Below the pieces are notes generated by a model. That model was given only the letters and a program-made list of their open reading frames with translations, had not been told where the DNA came from and ran no database searches. A DNA stretch of 64,000 nucleotides from Azolla caroliniana (taxonomy: Eukaryota > Plantae > Polypodiophyta), in the NCBI GenBank assembly GCA_043228905.1, contig JBHGNT010000021.1, forward strand, positions 248,001 through 312,000, written 5' to 3'. Positions 53,401-63,701 of this stretch are shown piece by piece; position 1 is the first letter of the stretch, and each line of letters opens with the position of its first letter. A program made the position numbers and the translations under genes.

Positions 53401-54677
53401 ATACCATTGCCTCTTGAAGCAAGGATTCGGCCCACTACACATGGTAATGGAATATGAGGACCAGTGGTGGTTGGGGATTTTCTTTCTAGAACTCAAGAGA
53501 CACGGAATTTGTTGACAAACAACAATATAGCCACACAAGCTTATCAACAAAGAACAATCATGGCTTTCTTTAGCCCCGTGACTCCTACTCATGCTACAAG
53601 TCAATCAAGAGACACAGGGAAGTTGTTGACGAACAATAACATAGCCACACATGCTCCTCAACAAAGAACAATCACATTCTTTAGCCCCAGCACTCCTACT
53701 GATGTTGATTTTCTTGTTAGAACTCAAGAGACCCAGGGAAGATATTGACGAACAACAATACAGCCACACAAGCTCATCAACAAAGAACAATCAAAGCTTT
53801 CTTTAGCCCCATCACTCCTACTCATGCTATGAATCAATCAAGGGCTACCACAAATGGGCTCCAGACCAGCACGTTGCAAAGAGGCTATGATAGGTCAGGT
53901 AATAGTAATTTTGTCGTGCACGTAGGCCCCAGCCTCTTGAATCACGACCTCACCACCCTGGTCATCAAGAATAAAGATCATTATCTCACGTCATTGCAGC
54001 TCATAAGTCAATCAACGGCTACATAAATGGGCTCCTAAACCCTAAACCCTAAACCCAAAAACCCCATTGCAATTTTGGGATGATGAAGATACGGATTATC
54101 CCTTCCTGCATAGATCCCTTCAGCAGAAAGTTCAACCACTCTCTGAAAACTCTATAAATAACGAAAGCTAGTAAATAAAGTGTGCATATTTCCAAATGCA
54201 TATCTTGATTTGTGCATATTTCTAATTTCCATTCTATTAGGAATGCTTGTACTTCCAAGTCCAAGAATAAAATAGCAAGTATCACCCAACAGAAAGATAT
54301 TCATATTAACAGGAGGATAGTAGTCTGCAAAACCTTACCTGGTACTACTGAATAAGAAAATGGGGATCCACCAATATTTGTGTCATTGTATTTCACGTAA
54401 AAAGAGAAATTTCCAGCAATAGAAGTCAAGAACTGCAAAGCTTCAAACCCACTGTGACTATCTTGAGTAGATGTCAAGTTAAATAAATTCACAATCTCAC
54501 CTCGACCATTCATAGCATAAGCTTTAAAATCAAGATAATTAGTCTGCATGAACTTTGGAGTAATTGTATTATTGAACGCATCCACAAGATAAACAATAAA
54601 ACGTGGATAAGTTCCTGCTTGAAATTCACTAGTCTCAGAGGACCAAGTCCCTCTACAGTTTGATGCATGAATTGGTC
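41478..54677 (-). CDS. GEX2-like filamin/Ig-repeat protein (partial). Exons 54677-54339, 51085-50753, 50307-49993, 47901-47563, 42228-41908, probable 41587-41478
   Basis: Five phase 1-1 exons of 339, 333, 315, 339 and 321 bp. Each encodes GPI...C...W....F.AG....L.DA(F/Y).N ... G.(F/Y).L.V......I.GSPF...V.PG, the repeat type of GAMETE EXPRESSED 2/filamin. Many N-x-S/T sequons. The 5' end is not found (probably beyond the window) and the 3' exons are uncertain. Confidence 0.8.
42860..46150 (+). mobile_element. 5'-truncated RTE/RTEX-like LINE in an intron, antisense to the host gene
   Basis: Endonuclease tail GESTVDYLIG. RT motifs EQAGFRRAFSTIDHIF, FVDFRRAFD, GVKQGCPLSPTLF, degenerate YADD, YVYLG. 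C-terminal SHQLEIENGR...LCRLCH...EDEYHF..CPTY. (TTTC)n tail at ~46128-46149. Stops and frameshifts present. Confidence 0.9.
47953..48360 (-). mobile_element. 3' fragment of an RTE/RTEX-like LINE
   Basis: Shares the terminal GGCCAAAATGGCCTATAAGACCAAAC block and GAAA tail (as read on +) with 52649-53338 and 56245-56527. Confidence 0.7.
52060..52620 (+). mobile_element. LINE RT fragment
   Basis: YIDELSHYIERF...IQILVYANDFAL...QRHLNA..VFC...L.VN...TKV, homologous to 44300-44750. Confidence 0.65.
52649..54030. mobile_element. Head-to-head pair of LINE 3' ends forming a long inverted repeat
   Basis: 52649-53338 (-) and 53340-54000 (+) encode the same LINE C-terminal region (VE.E.HYV.HC..FY.IRGRYHCL...). 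The right arm has three ~120-bp internal repeats. Confidence 0.75.
54034..54056. repeat. Short interstitial telomeric repeat (CCCTAAA)3
   Basis: CCTAAACCCTAAACCCTAAACCC, which is Arabidopsis-type TTTAGGG on the minus strand. Confidence 0.7.
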
Positions 54678-55149
54678 CTGTCAATAATAATTCCGTTGGG
54701 ATGTAAAATTATTAGTCCGCAATCTGTATATGTATCTAACATAAGGAGTTTATATTCCCTTCTATTCAAAAAATTTAGTACCCGTTTATTTCAAAGAGAA
54801 GATGCCTTTATTTAAAAAACAATTCAGAAAAGAAAAAAACCTTCAATCTTTCAGTTGTTGAACCAATACAGCAGCCTAATTTTGTCAGTTCTGCCCGTTC
54901 ACCGAAATTTGGTGAAGGTACCAGGGGTATCAGCAGCATGGACACTCCTACTAACCTGCTCACAAGCATAAGTACAAGCAAGGATGCCTGGACTCAGAAA
55001 TCAAAGGGGCACCATCCCATAGTGGTGGTCTAGACAAGAAAGGAATGACTATTTGTGATGACAAGTGGAAACAGGACAACATAGCTACCCTAGTGGAAAG
55101 GTGGAACCAGGAGGAAACACCTAATCCCAATGGAAAGGACGAATCAGAA

Positions 55150-55760
55150 GGATATGCCTAGCCAATCAACTGACAGAGGCAAGGTCAACTTTAGTTGTGG
55201 ATAATCAAAGCTATATTGGAAAAAGGGTAGTGCATTTATAATTATGCCATGTGATTGGAACCAATCTTGCACTTCAGCATACCAAAAATAGTTCTCCCAA
55301 TGCTCTATCAATTGTTTCGATGACATAAGTCAGAATCTTGAGAACCTTGGTCATATATTTACTAGTAATATAATCAGCAATTGCCTGCAGAAATTTCTTG
55401 ACATGTTGGGCCTTCCATAATCTGAAGTAGTCCATTCCACCAATTTCTACCAGCCTCGGAACTTTGGATGGATATGGATTTCCTACCTTTTTTTCTCTTT
55501 TCATTTTATTTCTGAGTTAGGAACTCCTCAAATCATTGAATACTGGTCAATGAATGGAATAATGCCTCAGCAGCTAGTAGGATTGCTCCCATCCTATGTT
55601 TGTGGTTCTCGGATTTGTATATCAGCACATTGGGCAAAATGTTACTCCCAGGTATGTGTATGATCCTGTGTATGCTACCTTTTCTTCTCCCAATAGGAAT
55701 TTCAGTTTTGACCTTGTTATCCATGCTTGAGTGGTGTTGAGCACCATCAGTTTTGTTTAT
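55150..55760 (-). mobile_element. Degraded LINE ORF2 fragment
   Basis: WYAEVQDWFQSHGI..NALP and MGAILLAAEALF align with 44900-45120 of the long LINE. Confidence 0.55.
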
Positions 55761-56244
55761 CAATTTTTAGTGACAAATCTTTGTCTGCATGAAAATACTA
55801 CAAAGCATTTAGATGTCTCTGTAGTCCTGCAGAGAGTTGGAAATCAACAAAATGTCATGGATATAATCACCATAGCATTAGATGTCTCTGTAGTCCCTCT
55901 AGAAAATCAGAAACCAACAAACTTTTTATATAATCTCCATTGCATTTAGATATCTCTGTAGTCCCTCCGGAGAATCGGAAATCACCAAAATGATCTCCAT
56001 CAACGATGCTCCTGGACCATTGAACCTCTGCATGTAATCGATACCTTATCTATATAAATATCAACGAGAGTGCATGATACTGAGCAGCTTGCCTCACTCC
56101 AATCATGCTAGCCATAACCTCTCACAACCCATTATGACTAATTACAATTTCCTCTCATATATTTATTGTGTGAACTAGGATATCCAGATTCTTTACTGTA
56201 CATGTAGTTATATTTTATTTCGGTTTGTTGTTCTCAAAGGCCAG

Positions 56245-56527
56245 AAAGAAAGATATATTAGCTTCTTTTATGATGCCAAAATGGCCTATAAGACCAAAGA
56301 AGAGATTCCATCTTAAGTGATGTCTGATCTTTGAGAACAATAAATCAAAATAAATAAAGGTTACTACGTAAATAAGTAAATAAAATAAAAAGAATGAATC
56401 CTATCATCTGTCTCAAGTCAGATATATTGTAATTATTGTCTTCAAAAGATCTCTAGCATGGGCCAATCCAGAATGGAGAGGTCTCCGAAGCAAGGGAAGC
56501 ACCTGCTATGGTGGGAGATAATGGCCC
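56245..56527 (-). mobile_element. 3' fragment of an RTE/RTEX-like LINE
   Basis: Same terminal block and GAAA tail as the 47953 and 52649 copies. Confidence 0.7.
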
Positions 56528-57557
56528 CAAAGAACATTTTAAGATGTAATTTCTTGTTTTTCTACATTATAGTTTACAGTTGCGATGCATTTTTCCAGAA
56601 TCCCCTGATCTTTCTTAACATGTACTTTCATCATTTGGTTAATCCAAACTAGTTTGATTCAACTTTTGTTCGGTCATCTTTCACTTCCATCAGATTTCCT
56701 CAGAAGGCTTGCGGTTTCGTTTCTTAGAATTGCTTATAATCCTTTCTTTCAAACAGGAATATAACTCTGATTTTTTCGTCCTCCCTTTGGATTACTATTT
56801 TAAGGTACTTATCAAACCTCATTCTATTGATCTCATTAACGCCTCATCCATTTTTGGTATCTAATGTACCCCTAGGTCACTACCCAAAGCTCGTCCTATC
56901 CTTCACTTTCCACCTTCGATATCTTCTTGGGATCTTCCATATATCTATCCCTTCTTCGTGAATCTCCAGAGGACATCACAATTCTCACTTCCTTTAGTTG
57001 TACATTCACAATTCATGATATTCAGGTGCTTCACCCAAGATTGACATATTGATTAGGGTAGAGATATCAATGTAGATGAGAGAGGTAGAGCAAAAATTAT
57101 GGAAAAATATTACTGCAGAGCAAAAACTAACCAAGAGAAGTTGCTGATTTCCTCTGTTTTCTGAATGTGAGCACTTTAGGGAGATTGTCCCCATCATCAG
57201 TGTGGTCGTGGTGGCAGATCACGGTTAGGATCTGTAACATGCTTAGGCAGTAGTGAATGACTAAATGGTGTTGAAGTTCTAGACGGAAATTCCTATGGAA
57301 ATGGACTTCCAAGCCAGATCAGAAAACTCTACAAAGACACCCCAATCCAATAGAAGATATGAAAGTATCAAATCGGAAAAACTGTTGGGACTAACACACA
57401 ACCTCTGGGTGCTGGTGCAACCTTCAGGGAAGAGATTTGCTAGCTCTGAACAAGGCCCAATGAGAAAAAGCACACAGACCACCGATCATATGTGTTCCAA
57501 TCAATATCTAGACTCTTGTCATCATCCAAACACCAGATTTTCCAAGTGACAGAATTC

Positions 57558-58195
57558 TGATGAGAATGTGGGACCGTCCACAACCGGTTAGCAAGCGAAA
57601 TGAGAAAGTCAAGAAACAAAACGAAAGACAGACAAGCACAGACACCAAGACACGATATTTAAACGTGGAAACCCTGAATGGGAAAAACCACGGGACCCCA
57701 CAAACTCCAAACTGAATCAGTATGTACATCAGTATACAAGAGATTCACATGCAACGACCTCAAGCTCGTCTTAGTCTTACAGACTGATACACATGCACAC
57801 TCACACAATGATTACCACTCTGCTGATCTCCTGTGATTCTCATATACAAAATGTTAGCCGTAGGTGTATTTATACTAATACACAAGTATGAGTTATTTAC
57901 AAATGTAGCCTCTAATCGGGTTCCGGCTCTCAGCTGGCTCGGCCGGTTCTTAGCCAATCTTCATCCAGTTCCCATATCCAGATCTTGTCTGGACTGATTG
58001 GCTTGTGGCTGACTCCTAGCCAATCGACTCTTGGTCAATCCGGCTGATATCCTGTATCCGGCTTCTTGTTCGGTCAGGTCGGCTGCTAGTCGGCTACTTG
58101 TCCAGATCTGGCCAGATGTCTTCCGGATGATCCGGCTTCTCATCCGGATCCAGCTTTTTTGCACATCCCATCTGGAGGGACCATCTATCTCAACA
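57558..58195 (-). mobile_element. Solo LTR (copia-like U5 motif)
   Basis: TGATGAGA...TCTCAACA termini. ACGTGGAAACCC...GGGAAAAACCACGGG at ~57663-57694 is the reverse complement of a common plant copia U5 motif. Confidence 0.65.
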
Positions 58196-58388
58196 TACCT
58201 AGACTCCTGTCTGTTGTAGGCAATGTGGTCAATGCGGAAGATCTAGAAGCATTCGATTGCTGTTCAGTACCTGCGTATGACTGTTCGTAGGTCGTTGCAC
58301 AGAGAGAGAGAGAGAGACAAAGAGGCACAAAAGACACTCTATTGCATAAACAAATAATACAACAACCAACCTCACAAAGAGGTTACAA

Positions 58389-58408
58389 GGTCACTATATA
58401 TAGTGACC
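58389..58408. promoter_or_regulatory. Palindromic TATA box in the copia LTR (second copy at 63558-63577)
   Basis: GGTCACTATATATAGTGACC is a perfect 20-bp palindrome centred on TATATATA. Confidence 0.6.
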
Positions 58409-58689
58409 GACTTAGGGCAACTACCCTTTATGCTAATTACATAAATGGCCAAAACGGGATAATGTGAATACGTCCATTATACACAGGTATTCGACACTCC
58501 CCCGTAATGGGCGTATACATGGGTTATCTAAGATTACAGGTATAGACTTAGGTTCTCGGACATATCAGCTTTGTTCCAGTCGGCAGGGTCCGAAGGCAGA
58601 AGACCGAACTGGTCGGGTCGGAACAGTTGAAGCCGATCATTAAGGAACTGATGTCGGTTGTCGGGAACCATCCTGCTCTGTGTCCGGCT

Positions 58690-61600
58690 CTAACCGGACT
58701 GGTTTGTCGTTACGCCCATCTGATGCCGAAGAGACCGAAAACGGTCTGCCGAAAGACACTTGGTCATTCCATCTGCGACATTATCGGTTGTGGATATTTT
58801 CTCTAGACCGATTTTCCCTGAAATGACGCAGTCCCGAACGAAATGATATCGAACGTCGATATGTTTGGAGGCGTTGTGGTGAACCGGATTTTTCGACAAG
58901 GCAACAGCACCTTGGCTGTCGCTGTAGACAACTGGAGCCGAGTCATGGTCGACTTGTCGAAACGTGTGCGCCAGCCGACCGAGCCACAAAGCTTCTTTTG
59001 CTGCGTCGGACGCAGCTACATATTCTGCTTCGGTCGTTGAGGTCGCTGTGCACTCCTGAAGTTTCGACTTCCACGAGATTGCTCCATTGCCGAATTTGAA
59101 GCAGTATCCGGTTGTTGATTTCCGACTGTCTATACAGCCGGCGAAGTCCGAGTCGGTGTAACCGACTACGCCTGAGGTTCGGTTCGGACCGAAAAGAATG
59201 CCATGGTCTTTTGTGCCAGTCAGATATCTGAACACATGCTTGACTGCGTTCCAATGCGATCGGCCAGGGTTATGCATAAATCTGCTAACGACTCCTACGG
59301 CGTGAGAAATATCAGGCCGTGTCGCGACCATCAGGTACATAAGAGAGCCGACTGCCGGTGCATACGGTACCGACTTCATATCTTCCCCCTCCGGACCGGA
59401 TGTCGGGCAGTCTCGCTGAGAGAGCCGAAGATTCATAGGGAGCGGGGTTGAAGCAGATTTGGCTGATTGCATGTTGAAGCGTTCTAAGACACGTCGGATA
59501 TAGTCGGTCTGAGACAGAAAAAGATGTCGTTTATCGCGATGCCGACTAATCTTCATGCCGAGTATGTGTCGTGCCGGACCGAGGTCCTTCATGGCAAACT
59601 TCAACCGCAGTTGCCGAACGAGATCGGCAAGTTCGCCTGCGTGGCGTCCAGAAATTAGCATGTCGTCCACGTAAATGATGAGGAAGATGGGTGATCCATC
59701 TTGAGCTGTGTTGGTGAAGAGACAATGGTCCTCATCGCTTTTGGAGAAGCCGATCGATTGGATGAAGTCGTCGAACTTCTTGTACCATTGTCGCGGTGCC
59801 TGTTTGAGGCCGTATAGACTCTTCCTGAGTCGGCAGACTAGATGTTCTTGGCCGGTTGCCACGAAGCCTTTTGGCTGCTCCATATAAATTTCCTCCTCGA
59901 GATCACCATGGAGGAAGGCTGTTTTGACATCTAGCTGAATCAGCTCCAGGTTGTCGGCTGCCACTACGCCGAGTAGGAAACGAAGGGTTGTCATTTTCAC
60001 CACTGGTGAAAAAATCTCGTCGAAGTCGACGCCATATTCTTGTCGGAAGCCCTTCGCAACTAATCTGGCCTTGTACTTTGGGGTGGTCGAATCTGACGTC
60101 TCTTTTAGTCGATAAACCCACTTGCAAGGAAGAGCACGTCGGTTCCTAGGTAATTCGACCAGATCCCAAGTCTTGTTTGCCCGAATGGAGTGCATTTCCG
60201 ACTCCATCGCCAGATGCCAGGTGGCTGAATCGACAGATGTCGATGCTTCTTCGTAAGACGTCGGTTCGCCGGCGTCGGTGAAGAAAATTCCAGGAGAGTA
60301 CCTCTCCGGAGGTTGCGACAGTCTCTCGGATCGTCGAGGCATGATTGGACTGGTCGCATCGGGTATCGTGGTCGGATGGTCCGAAAGCGGATTGTTCTGC
60401 TGTGCCGAGTCGGGGTTGTACGAGTCGGTAGTGTAAGGTTCAGCTACCCGTGAAGCTGACCGTGTGTTGAGAGCAGGGCCTTCTAGAAGGGTCGGCACAT
60501 CGGAAAATGTTACCCTTCGGACTTCGATTGGTTTTTCGATTGATGGATTCATAGCCGACTCGTTGAACACAACGTCCGAACTTCGAACGATTTGTCTGCG
60601 TTCGGGGTCCCAGAGTCGGTATCCCATTTCGCCGTCGGATCCATATCCAAGGAAAATGCATTTCCTGGACCGAGGTGCAAGTTTTCGGCGATCATCTTTC
60701 GGAATAAGGGCGTACGCCTCGCATCCGAAGATCCTCAGCTTGTTGTAATTCGGCTTACTGCCGATCCATAGTTCTTGAGGGATTTGAAGTCCTAGAGGTC
60801 TACTTGGCGACATATTGATTATGTGTGCTGCCGTGAGTAGAGCCTCTGCCCAGAAGCCATCCGATAGTCCGGAGTGTTGGAGCATGGAAACTATCCGTTC
60901 TTGGATTGTCCGATTCATGCGTTCGGCAATCCCGTTTTGCTCCGGACTGTGTGGTGCCGTAAGTTCACGTCGAATGCCGCGTTGTCGGCAGAATTTGACG
61001 AATTCTTCGGATTTGAACTCTCCCCCATTGTCCGTCCGAAAGCATTTCAGCTTTCGGTCGGTTTGATTTTCCACCATAGCGAGCCAATCTGAAAAGATCG
61101 AGAAGACACGATCTTTGGTGCGAATTGGATACGCCCACACCTTTCGAGTCGAGTCGTCAATGAAAGTGACGAAGTAAGATGCACCGCCTAGAGACTGATG
61201 CGGCATTGGGCCGCAGACGTCCGAGTGGACCAAATCGAGAGGTCTCGTTTCTCTTGGTGCTGATGTCGGGTGTGATGCGGCGGCTTGTTTGCCATACTGG
61301 CAATGCTCGCAGAATTGATGGTCAGAGAAGGAGAGTTTGGGGATGTATCCGGCTCTAGATAGATGCGTGATGCCGGCCTTGCTGAGGTGTCCCAATCGTC
61401 GGTGCCATAGTGATGACACAGGAATATCCACCAAAAACAGGTTACCCTCTCTGAGCGTAACATGTAACGGATACAGTGAGTGTATCTTGGGTCCTCTAGC
61501 AAGCAGGAGGTTCCCCCTGTGGAGTGTCCACCCTCCCGAAGAGAAACCGGCACGAATGCCGTCTTCATCTAGTTGTCCGACTGAGATCAATGGCCTTGAG

Positions 61601-62703
61601 AGCTCGGGTACATGTCGGACATTGTGGAGTACAAGTGTAGAGCCACCTGCAAGGTTAAGCTCTACTGTGCCGATTCCGATGATGTCACAGTGTTGTGAGT
61701 TGCCGACCCGAACTGAGTCGGAGTGACGGATCGTATATTGCCGAAATTGGGATCGATGAGGAGTCACGTGAAATGACGCGCCCGAATCCAAGAGCCATGT
61801 GCTCGATTCTTCAGTCGTGAGCAGAACTTCTGAGCCAACTGGATTTTCGATTGATAGTATGTTCGGGTCGTCTGGTAGCACATCAGCTGAGAAGCTGACG
61901 TAGTTGATCTCCTCATGCCGGCCACTCTTCTTGTTGTTCTTGTTCTTGAGTGCGCGGCAGTCGGCTTTGATGTGTCCGGGTTTCTTGCAGTAGTTGCAGA
62001 TTCGGTTATCCCGTGACTGGCTCCGTCTTCGCTGATTGTTCGGCGGTCGTGAGGAATCTCTTCCTCGTGTGTTCGATCGGTCTGTCGAACCTTGTACTAC
62101 GTAAGCGTCTTCTGTTGAGTCTTTGGCGAAAGACTTTCTCCGAGCTGCTTCGGTCAGGATTGCGCTCGTGACTTCAGAGTATTTAACAGCCGTGGTTGAC
62201 GCGTTGCACACAGTTGTGACGAAGGTTTCCCATGATGAGGGAAGGCTGCTCATGAGTATCATTGCTCTGAGTTCATCCTCGATTGCCGTCCCCTGAGATG
62301 AGATTTGGGAACTGATGCTTTCGTACTCATTGAGGTGTGCCTGAACCGAATCGGATTCTTTCATCCGCAAGTTGTAGAGGCGCCGGATCAGAAACATCTT
62401 CGTTGCGGCGACCTTCTTTTCGTAAGTGTCCGACAGTGTTTTCCACAGTTCGAATGCTGTCGTACACGATTGCACCGTAAAGTATACCGATTCCGATAGG
62501 TGCATCCGAATCGTGGCGCGGACAATTCTGTCCAGCTTCTGCCACTCAATTGGTTTGTATCCTTCTGGAGGTTCTTCATTTTCGATGGGGTCGATTTGCC
62601 CCTTGACTATGAGATAGTCCTGCATTTGTTCCTTCCAGAAGTTGAAGTTCGATCCATCGAACTTTCGTAGACTCATTTTTGACGAGCCTGATGTTGATGC
62701 CAT
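58690..62703 (-). CDS. Copia gag-pol polyprotein (~1337 aa)
   Basis: Zinc knuckle CNYCKKPGHIKADC, protease WLLDSGAS, integrase HRRLGH...CEHC / HSDVCGP / RTDNGGEF / NGIAERMNRT, RT YVDDML, RNase H DSDFAG...EAEY. First ATG is at 62703; the ORF track starts at a TTG. Confidence 0.97.
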   Translation of the reverse strand: MASTSGSSKMSLRKFDGSNFNFWKEQMQDYLIVKGQIDPIENEEPPEGYKPIEWQKLDRIVRATIRMHLSESVYFTVQSCTTAFELWKTLSDTYEKKVAATKMFLIRRLYNLRMKESDSVQAHLNEYESISSQISSQGTAIEDELRAMILMSSLPSSWETFVTTVCNASTTAVKYSEVTSAILTEAARRKSFAKDSTEDAYVVQGSTDRSNTRGRDSSRPPNNQRRRSQSRDNRICNYCKKPGHIKADCRALKNKNNKKSGRHEEINYVSFSADVLPDDPNILSIENPVGSEVLLTTEESSTWLLDSGASFHVTPHRSQFRQYTIRHSDSVRVGNSQHCDIIGIGTVELNLAGGSTLVLHNVRHVPELSRPLISVGQLDEDGIRAGFSSGGWTLHRGNLLLARGPKIHSLYPLHVTLREGNLFLVDIPVSSLWHRRLGHLSKAGITHLSRAGYIPKLSFSDHQFCEHCQYGKQAAASHPTSAPRETRPLDLVHSDVCGPMPHQSLGGASYFVTFIDDSTRKVWAYPIRTKDRVFSIFSDWLAMVENQTDRKLKCFRTDNGGEFKSEEFVKFCRQRGIRRELTAPHSPEQNGIAERMNRTIQERIVSMLQHSGLSDGFWAEALLTAAHIINMSPSRPLGLQIPQELWIGSKPNYNKLRIFGCEAYALIPKDDRRKLAPRSRKCIFLGYGSDGEMGYRLWDPERRQIVRSSDVVFNESAMNPSIEKPIEVRRVTFSDVPTLLEGPALNTRSASRVAEPYTTDSYNPDSAQQNNPLSDHPTTIPDATSPIMPRRSERLSQPPERYSPGIFFTDAGEPTSYEEASTSVDSATWHLAMESEMHSIRANKTWDLVELPRNRRALPCKWVYRLKETSDSTTPKYKARLVAKGFRQEYGVDFDEIFSPVVKMTTLRFLLGVVAADNLELIQLDVKTAFLHGDLEEEIYMEQPKGFVATGQEHLVCRLRKSLYGLKQAPRQWYKKFDDFIQSIGFSKSDEDHCLFTNTAQDGSPIFLIIYVDDMLISGRHAGELADLVRQLRLKFAMKDLGPARHILGMKISRHRDKRHLFLSQTDYIRRVLERFNMQSAKSASTPLPMNLRLSQRDCPTSGPEGEDMKSVPYAPAVGSLMYLMVATRPDISHAVGVVSRFMHNPGRSHWNAVKHVFRYLTGTKDHGILFGPNRTSGVVGYTDSDFAGCIDSRKSTTGYCFKFGNGAISWKSKLQECTATSTTEAEYVAASDAAKEALWLGRLAHTFRQVDHDSAPVVYSDSQGAVALSKNPVHHNASKHIDVRYHFVRDCVISGKIGLEKISTTDNVADGMTKCLSADRFRSLRHQMGVTTNQSG

Positions 62704-63701
62704 CAAATTCGGTTTCGGTTGACGAAGCTCGGTTCAGAGTTGACTGTGAACCTTGTTGGAGTGCAGCCGGTTGGCTCACCCGATATCGTTCTAGTCGAAT
62801 TTGAACCCGAGTCGGTTCGGCTTCGGAACTTGCTCGAATTGACTCCGGTAACTTGAGGGACAGAACCGACTGGTCTTCCCGAGTGTTGCCGAGTCGGAGT
62901 GAGCCCGGTTCGCTTCGGATATATGTGCCGAATACCGATTATTGAAACCGATTATCTGGACGGATTCTGCTTCGGTTGACTGCAGCGACGGGAGAGACAG
63001 ATCCAACTGATCCTCTCGAATGTCGATCAGCCGGATGAAGCACGAATTTGGGGTTGTTGTCTTGAGACCGATCTGCACCGGGTGGTTACAAGGAGCGGCG
63101 TTTGATGACCTCCTCGAATGCCGTTTAACCGAATGGAGCACGATCGTGTCAAAGTTGCACAAGGGGATTTCACCTCGAGCGGTTACGATCACACGGAACG
63201 GAGTACAACCTGTGGGCTTACTCCAAGCAAGAGGATCTAACGCGATGAGGTGCAAACCTCGTTTTTGTTCTTCTTCTCTATTTCTTCGAATGACGCGGAT
63301 ACTGTGCAGGCCGAGATGAAGTGAAGAACCGAATGCTGTGCAGGCGGTGATGACGGCTGAACCTTCGCTCTGATACCAAATGTTGTAGGCAATGTGGTCA
63401 ATGCGGAAGATCTAGAAGCATTCGATTGCTGTTCAGTACCTGCGTATGACTGTTCGTAGGTCGTTGCACAGAGAGAGAGAGAGAGACAAAGAGGCACAAA
63501 AGACACTCTATTGCATAAACAAATAATACAACAACCAACCTCACAAAGAGGTTACAAGGTCACTATATATAGTGACCGACTTAGGGCAACTACCCTTTAT
63601 GCTAATTACATAAATGGCCAAAACGGGATAATGTGAATACGTCCATTATACACAGGTATTCGACACTGTCATCATCCAAACACCAGATTTCCCAAGTGGC
63701 A

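Larger units (their letters stand above)
58212..63665 (-). mobile_element. Full-length intact Ty1/copia (Tnt1-like) retrotransposon
   Basis: 285-bp LTRs at 58212-58496 and 63381-63665, identical by eye. TSD CTGTC at 58207-58211 and 63666-63670. PBS TGGTATCAGAGC (tRNA-iMet) at 63378-63367. PPT at 58497-58505. Uninterrupted gag-pol. Confidence 0.98.

Noticed and set aside
58843-62617. Many antisense and alternate-frame ORFs within the copia
   Set aside because: Short shadows of a GC-rich coding sequence.
62791-63255. 154-aa upstream ORF in frame with copia gag (possible readthrough extension)
   Set aside because: TTG start, two stops separate it from gag, and no recognisable motif; likely just the GC-rich leader.
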